Below, one piece after another: positions 14,089-26,996 of a stretch of DNA of 64,000 nucleotides; within the stretch, counting starts at the first letter, position 1; the number at the start of each line of letters is the position of its first letter. The stretch is from the NCBI RefSeq assembly GCF_006345805.1, contig NC_042999.1, forward strand, positions 96,596,001 to 96,660,000, written 5' to 3'. The translations under genes and the position numbers were made by a program. The DNA comes from Octopus sinensis. Lineage: Eukaryota. A model generated the notes under the pieces. The model had not been told where the DNA came from, searched no databases, and was given only the letters and a program-made list of their open reading frames with translations.

Positions 14089-16509
14089 TTATTGCTGCTG
14101 TTGCTGCTGCTGCTGGTATGGTGGTGGTGTTGGGGATGTCGTCGTCGTCGTGGTTATAGTGGTCGTGGTGTAGACTTAGTGAACCAAAGTATTCCAACCG
14201 TGACCATTTGATTATGTTTTTCCTCCTTGTGAATGGAACTATCCTCTTTTCTAAAACGATGCAGTACAATTTGTGTGAGACTTGGCTGTTATCTCTAGCA
14301 CTTTGGATGAGTTTTATAGGGTGTCCTCCTTCTGGAAGAAATAGTAATGTCATTGGTGTTAGAGGTGGTATTGTCTTAGAGTGGTGACGGTGTGGAGGTA
14401 GACTCGATATTGGCGGGAGAGACGTGAGCGTAGATGTTGGTGGTGATGTTGATAGTATTTTGATTTTGGTGTTGTTATTGTTGATGGTGCTGGTAGCGGT
14501 GGTGGTGGTGGTGGTGGTGGTGATAGTGATGGTGGGGGTGGGGTAATATTGGTATTTGTAGTGTTGCTGGAGTTAGCAGTGCTTCAATTGCTGTTGACGT
14601 GGCTGGTATAACTACTCTGCTATATTTTGCTACGTTAACAACTGAGTCTATATCTCATTTCCACCGAACTTCACTATCACAATGCTAACCATGTACCTCA
14701 CTAGCATAGTACCTTGCAACTACTGTAGAAGCACTGTGGTAGTGCTACTGTATCCACTGCTATTATACTGTACCTCACTAATATTCTATCTCACATTTAG
14801 TCAAGTGGAGTACAGTGTTTGAGTTGTACGCGTTGCTCCTGTATGTTACTGAGACTATAGTGCAAGCATTTACTACTTAGATTTTTCTTTTACATATCCA
14901 GCACCTTATCCAGCACTTTAGCTCTCAGCTAGATCACCTTTACTTTCATCCTTTTGAGAGCGATAAAATAAAGTACTAATTTAGCATGTAGATTAGCGGT
15001 ATTGTGAGCGGAATTTTGAACTGTCTTGCGGTGTTTGTTTTTATTAGTTGCGCTCTGAGTTCTTAAATACAAAATTCGATCTTCAGCGAGTTCACTTTAT
15101 CGCAATCATTTAGGTCAGTTCTCCAGGTTTAAATATGATCCCCTCCTTTAAACTTATCCGTCAAAGAGACTCTTAAAAGTAAATAAAAGGATAAAGGCCA
15201 ACGGTGCTGCATTTTACTTCTCAAACTAATTGGTAAAAACATGCAAGACATCAGCATCAACAGTGTGTGTGTGCGTGTGTGTGTGTACGTGTGTATGAGT
15301 GTGTGTGTGTGTGTGTGCGTACAGGTTGTGTGTGTGTGTATGTGTGTGTGTTCAAGTATTTTATGAATGAGCGAGACAATGCCGGTAGTTTTAGTCCCTT
15401 GTTGTATACTAGTAATATGATGTTGGTAAAGGCTTGAACATCATTGATCGTAGACCTTTTCTATTAAGGATGACCTGGAGCTAATCATTAACAACGCTAC
15501 GCCCATATAATAACTCCTACCTGAAGCACAAGGGTACAGATTATTCAGTACTCGACCATGGAATGATCAAAACCCAAGTTTATCTCAGTGGGATTTGAAT
15601 GTAGTATGTAAAGAGCCGAATGAAATATGTGGACTTGCCACTCCAGATTTTAAGTGAGAGAATACAGACTTGTTCTGGTTATTCTTATTACCACCTTTCT
15701 ATTCCTTCAATACAGTACTGATCAAATCGATTGCCGTTGTGTCTGATACCATGACCTTGGCGTTCTGCGTCCCAATTAAGCAGGACGCTGTAATCGATTG
15801 GGAACCAACCGTGCAAAAGAAGAGAGAAGGCACTTTTGAAACAGTTCGACTGTTGAGTAGATTCTATTGTCTATTAAAACAATCCAACCTATGAAACCTA
15901 GACCGGCTGCACTGGAGACTACTAATAATTATTGTTCTTCGACCTTTCCATAGATTGGTTCAAAAGGACTAGATCTACGTTGAAGACAAACTTACTACCC
16001 ACCTTCTCAACTATATCTCGCAAGAAGTGAAGCTTATTCTGCAAAACTATAGTGAGTACCTTGCAGATCGCAGTATTGCGCTCCAGAAAATACTACGACG
16101 GAATGCACTAGTTTGTTGTTGGCTGACCAATATCTAAAACTCTAAATGCAAGAAAGTAATTAAAAATTGTCGATGATATTCCCATTGTTCGCATCATTCC
16201 TCTGCAGCGCTACCACCAATTTATGGCTAACACGGCTGGGAATATTTTAAATCTATTATAGCCAGTTACAATAGGTGTTTGCTAAACGAGGAGCGAACAA
16301 GTCTGGCGTGTATCTATAAAGCCTGTAAGACAGTTCTTCCAAACCAAGTAAATTGCTTTTCACACAACTATGCGTTCATAACTGTTTTAGTCTTAGCTGC
16401 CGTTATTACCTTTTCGAAACACTTCACTATTATTCTGGCAAGAACCGCTGCAGGGCATTGAGGTTGATGTTAAAGTTCATTATATACAGTCCATCACTAC
16501 CCTAGGAGT

Positions 16510-17050
16510 TGGCAAAGTGTTGTTGGAGAAACCATACACGCCTTCTTGTATTCGAATGGCACACGACTCTCGTGGTCCGTCAAATATGTAATATTGGTTT
16601 TGTTAGCACCTGTACCCACTGAAGAACCTTCACGATCTTATATCCTAAGAGCACATGTTTTTACTATGACGTGATTAATTTCGTGTTTCGCGTCGAAGAA
16701 ACGATACGCTATTTTCGGCACTAGCACGTTATTGCAATCCTTTTTCTATAAGCCTTTTCTAATTTGCCAACTAGATATTCTGACCTCTAGTCTATTGTTT
16801 TCTGCGCTATTTCATTAATATAACTTATCGATTCTCTCCTAATGACTCTCTCACAGTGACGCACCACCGAATGCTGACAATCTTCCCCTTTCTAAATCTT
16901 GCTTAACAATTTCTTTAATTCTCTCGCCATTAGTTTTCTTCGCCGTGAATAAAGTGGTTAATAGTATTCACTCACCAAATCCTTCTCTATTTCACCTACC
17001 GAGGTTAACTGTGCAGATTACAAACTTCGTAGCTAACCAGTTACCACTAT
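16510..17050 (-). mobile_element. Possible ancient hAT transposase relic
   Basis: Minus strand KKTNGERIKEIV then IVSI../GGASL, resembling TTGxxI...SITTDGA; hAT-like end caggggttggcaaa-like (taggagttggcaaa) near 16504. Confidence 0.25.
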
Positions 17051-17384
17051 TCATAAATGTTTTGTCTGGATACAATCTGGGTGATTCAGTGCAGTTTGTA
17101 CATATCTGCTATTGATACATTAAAAAAAACTGTTGACAATTGTTTAACTATTGGAAATGTCTGTGCAGGTTTGCCCCTCAAACCTGCACCCTTCCATCAA
17201 AGTACTTCAACATAATCCCAGCGCGCGTCTTAGATGCCAGCCTGGTCACTATGACTAACGTGTGATAGGTTTCCAAGAATTATTTTTAATATTCTAAAAG
17301 AAGTTCAGTTGCCCTACAATACTCGAGTATAAATGATTTAGAGTTAAAAAAAACACCGCCTTCTCACATCCGTCTATTTGAATC

Positions 17385-17980
17385 CAGTAAAATCGTTTAT
17401 ACCTCAAGATCAAAACATTTCTTAATGTGGGCAATTATGGAGTTGATTTTAGGTCTTATAAATCTAATATCTTCCTATCCTTCCTTAATACCGGTTCCCA
17501 TATGCTATTCATATCTGCACTCGGTATGCTTAGGAGGCTGTTGTGTCCTAGCATATGCGCTGCTTCTTTTAGTTTTCGTATTTTCCAGTGCTGTTCTCTG
17601 TCTGTTAGTTTAACTTCATCCCACAAGTTAAAATAATTGACAGAGAACACCACTGAAAAATACGAAAACTAAAAGAAGCAGGACATATGCCAGGACACAA
17701 CAACCTTCAGGACACAACAACCTTCTAAACAGACCGAGTGCAGATATGAATAGCATATGGGAACCGGTATTAAGGAAGGATAGGAAAATAATAACATCGA
17801 AAAATACCTTAAGAATGAGAACCCAGGTTCGAAATTTCCCCCAAGGTACCTGACGAAGGCTGGAGGGTATATCAGCCGAAACGTTGTGTTAACAACAAAC
17901 AAGATGAGGACAAATATCTGTCAAATGTAAATAGCGTAAATAATGTACATAATTCCTCATCTCTTGAATATAGAACTGTA
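17385..17980 (+). mobile_element. Penelope-like element remnant: GIY-YIG C-terminus in inverted arrangement plus pLTR
   Basis: 17472-17602 and 17639-17786 are diverged inverted copies. Minus ORF 17456-17653 reads NLWDEVKLTDREQHWKIRKLKEAAHM...NSIWEPVL (PLE endonuclease C-terminus). The right arm continues into a hammerhead-containing pLTR. Confidence 0.8.
17845..17890 (+). ncRNA. Minimal type I hammerhead ribozyme motif in PLE pLTR
   Basis: ggtac-CTGACGA-a-ggctgg-agggtata-tcagcc-GAAA-cg-TT-gtgtt: canonical core, stem II, palindromic AACGTT in place of stem III, weak G.U-rich stem I. Confidence 0.7.
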
Positions 17981-18559
17981 TCAGCGTTGGAAATAGTAAC
18001 AACACTGAGTTAATGAAGTACATGTCAAAACAATTCAAAGATGAAATGAAAAAAGAAGAGAGATGATTTTGAAGAATTCATCTGTAAAACACTTAAACGC
18101 ATGCTATGATATTAGAATTTTCGAAAATAGTAGATAATACAAGTATCAGACTTTAAAAAAAGTATTGCGATCGATTTTTTTCGACTAAAACTCTTCAAGG
18201 AAATATCCCAGCATGCCTGCAAACCATTGACTGAAACAAGTAAAAGACAAAAAGTATTTTCAAAGTCTTTTCAAAAGGAGAGTTTTCGAGGAACATCTTG
18301 AAGAAAAGATCCAAATACTCGCTCTTCTCGAAGACCAAGGTGAGTCACCTCCGTTTTGTTTTCTCCAGCAGACATTGGTGTACTCAGAATGAGATATAAT
18401 ACAAGTGACATGGGGGCGCCTTGCTCAGTGGCCTCAAGTTACTTAGCGTATTTGTGGTTGCATTCGCCGAAATCAGAATAGCTGGAACATGCGTAATTAT
18501 TTCAGAGATTCTTGAAATCGCGAGATGCAGACAACTCTTCCGGACCCAATCAGTAACTA

Positions 18560-19100
18560 GGACATGGAGCTCTTGACATGGAACGCTGGACATGGAGCAC
18601 TGGATATGGAGTGTTGTACTAATGAACTAGTTAAGCTCTTTGGAATCTGGTTCAGTCTGGATCACCAGCTGTATAAGAACTGTGTCGAAGTTACGAGCAG
18701 AATGCCCAATCTCGTCCAGAGTGGTGTGATTACCCTTTGTCTGGCACGTTTTTCCATTGTTCATCTCTTTAACAGGGTTGTTGTCCAACGTCAAACGAAG
18801 GGCAACACTTGTGAGCTTGCATCTAGATATACTGTCAGGTACTCACAGACCTCTACCGGTTCGACAAGCGCTGGAACTTCGTTGTTAGCAATCTATTGAC
18901 AAATCGTGATGGAGAAAAATGACGACGTTCTCGAGAAACTTTGAGCACCGACGAGAGTCAGTTAGCAGGGGTGTTCAGAGGAAAGTTCTGATGAGGGTCG
19001 ATGGATAATTTCCGGGAACCGTTGGTCTGTCATTCCTGCCAGCGAGTGTTAACGGTTCGAGACAAACTCTATTGACACAGAAGGCTTTTCAGCCGAACCT
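18560..19100 (+). mobile_element. L1/Tx1-like LINE ORF2 relic (post-RT region)
   Basis: ORF 18564-18899 contains LVKLFGIWFSLDHQLYKNCVEVTSR, resembling Tx1-type VKxLGVWF...NW; same type as 22740-23313. Confidence 0.55.
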
Positions 19101-19589
19101 GTAATTGTATAGTATGACTAAATCGTTCTGCGCCTATTCGTTCAATATCCGGACATTGCCGATAGTGATCTTTTATCGAATAATTGTCGTAAATGTAGGA
19201 CGGATCTAGCCAGATGAAATAAGCCGGCTGTTTTAGGATTGAAGATAGATGTTTTCTCAACAATCCCTTATCAAACTTTGTAGGTTCCACTTGGAAAGGA
19301 AGTTATAGATGGAGAAGAGGGATTTCCCTCCCAGTAAAATATTTCAAATTATGGAATATGGCTCCAGTAAATAGGTCAACACCCTCCTGCGCTTTTAGAT
19401 CAGATGGATCAAATATGAACAGACCCTTTTTATTTTATTTTTAAGCGTTTTCCTGCTCTGGGCGTTTTCTGCTCTGAGTGTTGTCTGCATTCCGTGTAAA
19501 ACCATTTCATTTTTCCCTTCAGTCGATTCCTAAGTGAAAATCCATTTTTTTATTTACTCCATACTTTTTGTTATTGATGCTATTTTTAA

Positions 19590-19745
19590 AGTGTCTGGTT
19601 TCAATCCAGCTTTTCTAAGTTCATACTATGCTGAGGTCAACTTTGCCTTCCGTTTCCCCAGGGTTGATAATAAAGTAAGTCTCAAGTACTTGGGTCGATA
19701 GTATCGACTAATCCCTTCCTCTCAAAACTCCTGGACTCGTGTCTC
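19590..19745 (+). mobile_element. SINE, family A, old partial copy
   Basis: tgctgaggtcaactttgccttccgtttcccagggttgataataaagta...gggtcgatagtatcgactaa. Confidence 0.65.
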
Positions 19746-19764
19746 TAATATTATTACTACTTTT

Positions 19765-20150
19765 AAGACGGCGAGCTTGAAGAATCGCTGGCACGCCGGG
19801 CAAAATGCTTAACAGAATTACGTTTGTCTTCACTTTCTGAGTTCAACTTCCGCCAACGTCGACTTTGCCTTTCATCCTTTCGGAGTCGATTAAATAAGTA
19901 TCAGTTACGCACTGGGGTCGATATAATCGACTTAATCCGTTTGTCTGTCCTTGTTTGTTCCCTCTGTGTTTAGCCCCTTGTGGGTAGTAAAGAAATAGGA
20001 ATTACGTTTGTCTTCATGTTCTGAGCTCAACTTCCGCTGACGTCGACTTTGCCTTTCGCCCTTTTGAAATACATGAAATAAGTACCAGTAGTGCACTGGG
20101 TCGATGCAATCGACTTTCCACCATCTCCTAAAACATTTCAGGAAGGATTG
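19765..20150 (+). mobile_element. Compound family A SINE (full copy followed by a duplicated body)
   Basis: aagacggcgagc...core...tail ccccttgtgggtagtaaagaaatagg ends ~19999; the body then restarts (gaattacgtttgtcttca...) with a different tail. Confidence 0.85.
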
Positions 20151-20779
20151 TTATTACTATTTGCTACTGACACGTTCATATATGCAAAAACTTTTGCTAT
20201 GTTTCTCAAATGTCACTGAAGAAATTTATTTTCATTTAAGATATTGTGTATGAAAAAGCTGTTGCTGAAAATTTTGAAATTTTCTTCATACATGAGTTAG
20301 ACAACAGAGGCAGTTTTGAAAATATTTTCTTTTTCTTTTATTAAGTAAGTTTAAAATGCCTTCTTTTATTGGAACCGCCTCCAGAAGGAACAGCATTGAA
20401 CAACATATAAAAGATACCAAACAAAAACATTTTTTAAATATTTAAAAGTAATTAATAAACATACAGCGAAATGACAAAAAATAAAAATGATATTTCACAA
20501 AATAAGAAAAGACATAACATAATTTTGTTTGACAACAACGTTAATACACATGCACATACTGTCAGACGAAAATGGAGCAAACAATAATAAAAAAAAAACA
20601 ATCGTTTTCGCGAGAAGAATCCAAATATACTTGAAAGCATAACCACACTATGATCACATGAAAGGCGTCAACCTGCTACAAACTATTGCAGAGTTATGGA
20701 AGAAAGAAGTAACATGACTGTGTTTTGTCAAGGCCACAGACGCTTTCTTTGTTCCATCCAAGGAAAATTACCGGCAGCC

Positions 20780-22460
20780 ATAGCAGTCACGTTAAGCGAA
20801 ATATTCATCGAATGAGGGAGGACATATAGTACCACATGCGACATTTTTTAAACAACCTCGCGACTAAAGTGCCAAGCCAAACTGTCCAAAACATGCCTGC
20901 CTATAAATTTCTAAATCCGCCATCCGGCGTTATAGAAAACACTCTGAAATGCACGGATATCGATATATATTACTGCATCGGAATAAAATTACCTCGAGTG
21001 GATAATGCAACTGAGACCCACATAGAAAAATGCTCTTAGCGCGTGTAGGAACACAGGACACACATAACTCGAAGAAAGATGTTAAAGATGTTCGGAACAG
21101 TTGAAATGAGATTCTGGACAGAAAACACTGAGAAACGAAGAACTCTTCCTAATCCCTAATTATCGTTATCAGCGACTGGAAAAGGTAAGAATGATGAACG
21201 TGCCACCAAAAATAACCATCACCTGATTGATAGCAGCCGTTGATTGGTATAGAGGAGGATGTGACAATTCTGAAGGCAAAAAAATATCGAATCAAAACCG
21301 GTCGGCATGAGGTATGGGACCTACAATGCAAGCCAACCAACAAAACAGAAAAGATATAACTGACAGAATTTCCTTGATGGCGCAAACTTGTCCGTGAAAA
21401 TGAAGGGAAGTCAGCCAAGATGTTAAATACATGAATCTGTGACACACTGAAAGGCTATCTCCAACGAACGAAAGGAGCAAAACCGCCATGTTTACCAAAG
21501 ACATAAATACAGAGGTCATAGCCGCAACAGCATGCAAACACACCAACAGCAACAACCTCAGCGGAAACTGCAACAACATCACTAGAGCCACAGCAACAAC
21601 AACAATATCTGACACAAGGACACCAGCAACATGAAAACATCCAACTACTATAACATTCCAGCGCCAATACAACACTAAATGACATGTCGTTTCCAGCTTC
21701 GGATCACGCGAATATGTTGGTGGTGGAGAAGAATGGAAAACCGTCCCATTGATAAGAGAAAGAAAAGGAAACAAAACTTAAACTCATCCACACAAAAAGT
21801 TGGAAGAAGAAAATTGAAAGCAACATGACAGAACCAGCTCGACTACAACTACCACCCAACCACCAAACACCATCACCCCAAACGCCACCAACACCACTAA
21901 CACTGCAAGCACTACTAGCATAACAATGAACACAAACACCAACAATCACAATAGAAAGGGCAAACTGAACAAACAAAAAAGATTTTCTACCAAACAGCCG
22001 TAGACACGATAAAATATCATTTGAATACAGCCAATAAAATACAAACATTAAGCCCAATGATAGCACCACTACGTAATATGCTAACTCACATTCAAATATG
22101 TAAAATCAGAGAACACAGAAAACAATGTACAGCACTGAAAACAAAATATCCAGAGGAAATGGGAGATTTCCGAGGGAATATAAACAAAATAAAATATATG
22201 AAAATAAAATTTTCTTACCCACAACTAGTCGAAAGAACATTACAGCGGTAGATAACCAACTCTCCAACCTCAAATTACTAAATATAAATGTGGTGACCAT
22301 TCACGAGACCAGAGTTTCTGAGATACGAGCCACCATTCCCATTTTTAGTTGCTACGAGCTGTAAATGAACAGGAGGCGGAGTCGCTGAGCTATTCCGGGA
22401 AGAGATGGATCTTGCGAAACTGGATCCAATAAAAATTAGTTCCTGGGGCAATTGGTGGTT
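20780..22460 (+). mobile_element. Degraded L1/Tx1-like element: ORF1 with zinc-knuckle remnant, CAA-rich spacer, start of APE endonuclease
   Basis: ~21385-21460 NLSVKMKGSQPRC*IHESVTH (degenerate knuckle); 22270-22460 LLNINVVTIHETRV...GGGVAELFR...DP...GQLVVL, parallel to the better copy at 30450-32470. Confidence 0.55.
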
Positions 22461-22737
22461 CTCAAATTAGTCAACTGGATAAGTGAATGAGGTCTTAGAG
22501 TACTCTAATTCAAACCAGACGGAAAATCGTTCATGTTTTATTTTTCCTTTTATTTTATTTTATTTTATTTTTTACATATAATCACACATATACACGTATA
22601 TGTATGTGGGTGCGAGGATGTGTACAAAATTTCTTAATATGCCTTTCCATATATTGTATAACGTCTCTTACCAGCTCGAAATTCTTAAACGTGATTTTTA
22701 CTGATCCTTCACATTATCTTACCATTCTTAGTAACTC

Positions 22738-23313
22738 GTAGCATGCGCCATCCCGAAAAGATCCATCCATGATAACCTCCACTTCATGAGATATATCATT
22801 GAGAAAGTGGCTAAAGAATCTGGCACGTGTGGGGCCCTGATTAATTTAGATCAGTCTAAAGCTTTTGATAGGGTCTACCATCTTACCGACGGCGATCCTC
22901 AAGACAGCCGGTTTCGGGTTTGTATTTAGAAGCTTAATCTCTGCAATGCAGAGCGACATCTGTTCAGTGGTCAAAGTGTACGGTTACATCTCAGAACAGT
23001 TCAACCTCATGAGCTTGGCCCGGCAAGGTTGCTTCTTCTCGACTCTCTTGTACGTACCGTCCCTCGAGCCACTGCTATACAATCTGGAGACGTTGAGGGG
23101 CATACCGGGTGACCTAGGATGTGGAAGAAGCGTGTCGGCATATGCTAACGACATCATCATAGTGGTGTCGGAGAATAAACACATGGAAATGACTCTCAGG
23201 GACTACAACGTGGTATCAGGAGTGACAATTAACCAGGAAAAATCAGTGGATTTGTGGGTCGGCACCTGGAGAAGCAAATCCATGCCGTCCAACTGCGTAG
23301 TTGGGCGCCGGAC
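22738..23313 (+). mobile_element. L1/Tx1-like reverse transcriptase fragment
   Basis: CAIPKRSIHDNLHFMRYII...GALINLDQSKAFDRV, SLARQGCFFSTLLYVPSLEPLL (RQGCPLSPLLY-like), SAYANDII (YADD-like), INQEKS. Confidence 0.9.
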
Positions 23314-23344
23314 GGCATCATCATCATCATCATCCGCAATCAGT

Positions 23345-23518
23345 TCTCTGTGCCATGGGTATGTACTGTTGTAGTTTTTCCTTTTTTTGTGCCTGTTGTT
23401 GAGAGTGCTTTACGTCGGATGTGCTTGGTGCTTAGTAGTGCTATTTTCTGTATGTTATATATATTCCTAAGTCCTGATGCTTTGGTTTTGTACTTGTCTG
23501 TATGTTTTTTATGCATAC
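23345..23518 (-). mobile_element. R4/Dong-type element, 3' end fragment
   Basis: Minus strand KHTDKYKTKASGLRNIYNIQKIALLSTKHIRRKALS, matching the C-terminus at 43389-43605. Confidence 0.75.
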
Positions 23519-23521
23519 TTA

Positions 23522-23726
23522 AAGCAGAATCGTTAGCACGCCAGACACAATGCTTAGCGGCATTTCGTTCGTCTTTACGTTCAGAGTTTAAATTCCGCCG
23601 AGGCCGACTTCGGCTTTCATCCCTCCGGGGGTAGATGGAATAAGTACCAGTTAAGTTCTGGAGTTGACGAAATCGACTTACCTATCCCCACTCCGAAATT
23701 ACTGGTGTTATGCCAAAATTTAAAAC
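23522..23726 (+). mobile_element. SINE, family A
   Basis: gcagaatcgttagcacgcc...aaattccgccgaggccgacttcggctttcatccctccggggg...ataagtaccagtt...tgccaaaatttaaa. Confidence 0.85.
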
Positions 23727-23748
23727 CATTATTAATATTATTGTATAG

Positions 23749-23932
23749 CGCGTGAGTCAGCAGAATCGTTAGCACGCCGGACAAAATACTTAACGGCATT
23801 TCGTCCGTCTTTACGCTCTGAATTCAAATTCCGCCGATGTCGACTTTGCCTTTCATCCTTTCGGTGTCTATGAAATAAGTACCAGTTCCCCTCCCATCAA
23901 ATTTCAGGCCTTGTGCCTATAGTAGGAAGGTT
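23749..23932 (+). mobile_element. SINE, family A
   Basis: gcagaatcgttagcacgccggac...gtcgactttgcctttcatcctttcgg...tail aaatttcaggccttgtgcctatagtaggaagg. Confidence 0.85.
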
Positions 23933-24104
23933 TATAATTATCATTGTGTAATACACAACAATTACTAAATTTAACGCTTTATGGTTTTCTAAACTTTGAA
24001 GTAAAACAATATTTTGACAGTCAGTGTCTAATTCTTCTCTCAATTTACTCTTTCTTTTTCTCTCCGTCTCTCTCTTTCTTTCTCTCTGCCCCCCCCTCTC
24101 TCTG

Positions 24105-24156
<52 letters not shown>

Positions 24157-24468
24157 AGCAGGTTTTAGCTTCTATGGGTTCATCCTTTTTCCTTTCACTT
24201 TTTTTTTACTTGACCGCATGTTGCTTCGTTGCCTTTTTACATTCATTCCATGTTTGGGCTTTTATTTCCTTTTGTCTTTTCTGTATCTTAATTTATTTAT
24301 TTGTTTCTTTCACTCTTTCTTTCCTTCTTCATTTCACGTAATGCCTTCTATGACACCCAGTGATGTTTCTTTCATCAAGTTTATTGTATATTTTTATCTA
24401 ATTAAATATTTATTTGCAATTCAGAAGGGACAGGTTTGCTATCATTGCCATGCAGGGGTCCGGTTATA

Positions 24469-24607
24469 AAGAAGAAGAAGAAGAAGAAGAAGAAGAAGAA
24501 GAAGAAGAAGAAGAAGAAGAAGAAGAAGAAGAAGAAGAAGAAGAAGAAGAAGAAGAAGAAGAAGAAGAAGAAGAAGAAGAAGAAGAAGAAGAAGAAGAAG
24601 AAGAAGA
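24469..24607. repeat. Pure (GAA)n microsatellite, ~46 units
   Basis: Direct reading. Confidence 0.97.
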
Positions 24608-25096
24608 CGGTTGTGATAACAGTTGAGGAGAGCAGACGAAGTTGTGAATTAGTTGACTTTTGTAGTGTTTATGGCGCTAGATTAAAATCTCGGTTATACC
24701 CCGGATATCATTGATGACCTAACTCTGTTCTACATCTGCTTTTAATGTCAATTGGCCATGACGGAGGGGAGTCTCATGTCGCTAAAATATCACCACACCC
24801 ATTATTTCTTAAACGGGCATCACAAAAAAAAGTTGTAAACCCACCCGGACTTCAGCATAATTACCTTGGATAAAACACAAAAATCAACGCCCTAAAACTC
24901 TCTTTGTATATATGTTAACAGAGATAAATATTATCATTATTATTATTATTATCATCATCATTTTGTTGTTGCTAACAATTATTTTTATTACTGTATTTTT
25001 TTAAATTTTTAGTCGATGTAGACCTCACTTTGGGGTGTTTGTCTTTCGTCCTTGAGTTTTTCAAACTCTTGAGCTGTTGTGGCCAGTAAAAGAAAT

Positions 25097-25182
25097 CATT
25101 ATTGTTGTTGTTGTTATCATCTTCATCATCATCATCATCATCATCATCATTGTTATCATTATTATTATCATCATTATTATTA

Positions 25183-25247
<65 letters not shown>

Positions 25248-25257
25248 GTTATTATTA

Positions 25258-25332
<75 letters not shown>
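25097..25332. repeat. (GTT)/(CAT)/(ATT)n compound microsatellite
   Basis: Direct reading. Confidence 0.95.
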
Positions 25333-25333
<1 letters not shown>

Positions 25334-25537
25334 GACGGTGAAATGGCAGAAGGGTTACCATGCCGGACAAAATTGTTAGCGGCATTCCATCCATCTTTAC
25401 GGTCTTTACGTTTCACAGAGATCGACTTTACCGTTCATCCTCCCAAGATCGATAAAATAGGTACCAGCACTGGAGTCGATATAATCGACTAAGCCCTTTT
25501 CCCCAAGAATTTCAGGCCTTGCGCCTACAATAGAAAT
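25332..25537 (+). mobile_element. SINE, family A, abutting (ATT)n
   Basis: aagacggtgaaatggcagaag...ttcatcctcccaagatcgataaaataggtaccagc...aatttcaggccttgcgcctacaatagaaa. Confidence 0.75.
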
Positions 25538-26865
25538 AATTTTTGCTGTTGTTGTTGTTGATGATGATGATGATGATGTTTCTGTTGTTATGTGTTGAGC
25601 TGTACGGACATCTTGGAGGTATCTCCAAGAAAAGCTGAAATTTATCAAGACTTAATTGTGAAAGAATAGCATTTTTTCCCCTTTGATTCATTTTGTAAAC
25701 AAGAAAGTTTGGACGTCTACCGCAGGTAATAAGGTAAAGTAAAAAGTCTGTCTTGTAGACATCTATTTTATTGCTTATTAGTTATTCAAGATAGCTTTTT
25801 TTTTTCTCAGGTAGCAAAGAGAGGTGCCGGCTTCAAACGTGGTAGCTGGAGACACTCTCCCAACCATCTCGACGAAAGAAAAATAGAAAGAATTGAAAGC
25901 AAAATAATGTGTGAAAAGAAGAAAGTAATTGAATACATTCCAACACTGGGATGCAACAGATATATACATTGTAACAAATTAAAGAAATGGACGATATTCC
26001 TAATAATGTTAATAACATTACCAGTAATTCTGCCAGCATTGCTAATGTGAAGGAAACTCCAGGAAAGGTAAAAAATATATGTTATAAGAGACAATCCATG
26101 ATTGCCTACAGAATACAAGGTGCGAACGGGAAACAACGCAACCTGTTTGTTGTAGATGGATCCTGACTACCCCCACGGGACTGAAAGTGGAGTAAAGAAA
26201 TTGTGTGAACTGTCGGAGTAGTTGACAGGGGCACAGTTGACAGCGTTGATCGTCCATATTGTTACTGTGTTAGTTTAACATAGTAACTACGTTTGGAGGA
26301 GTACGAAGTGCGTTCTGTGTGAACATATTAATTCTGTGAAAAGCTATTCTAGATAACCATATCCAAATATTTATTTGGGTAATACTATTCTTACACAGGT
26401 GTTCACAACTCACGACATAACACTCCCACTATACTCCCACTCCACCAAAAAATGGAACATCCGTATGCCTACAATATAGCAACTGGAAGAAATTCTGGTC
26501 GATGTGAGACACAAGGGAGCTCCGTTGATCTGAATGGAACGTAGGAAAGCTTTTGTTTGAAGAACCGAAGACAATACAAGGCATCATAGGAGTTGATGCT
26601 GTACCACACACTTGCCTACAAACCGGTGCTGAACTATATGAGAATATGTAATACGAGTATCACAGCAAATGGCATTAGTGGGGCCGGTGACTCTTGTCTC
26701 ACCGCCACCTTTGTGGCACATTGCAGGTACCTGGTGAGCGCAGAAGTGATTTGAAACAATGTGATCGGGTGGGTTGATCCTGAAAACACTCAAAGCTATC
26801 TTGGATTCTTTATTGCATTGTGGAACCATAATGGAAAGGAATTAGACTGGTGGCGATGGTGGACA

Positions 26866-26996
26866 GAAATAGAATAAGTACCAGGTTTAAAAAACTAAAA
26901 CGTACTGGGGTCGATTCATTCGACTAAAATTTTTTAAGGCGGTGCTCCAGCATGGCCACACTCAAATGAATGAGACAAGTAAAAGAATAAAAGAAT
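26866..26996 (+). mobile_element. SINE family B, 3' fragment
   Basis: atagaataagtaccagg...ggggtcgattcattcgactaaa...aaggcggtgctccagcatggcca...acaagtaaaaga. Confidence 0.75.

Noticed and set aside
17163-17189. 11-bp hairpin gtgcaggtttg-cccct-caaacctgcac as a Helitron 3' end or terminator
   Set aside because: No CTRR end follows at the expected distance; an isolated hairpin is insufficient evidence.
20241-20344. Exon candidate (AG...GTAAGT)
   Set aside because: The best frame ends in a stop at the junction; no recognisable homology.
24414-25394. Poly-Glu, poly-Lys, poly-Asn, poly-Ile and similar ORFs here and throughout the window
   Set aside because: Translations of microsatellites with no splice or domain support.
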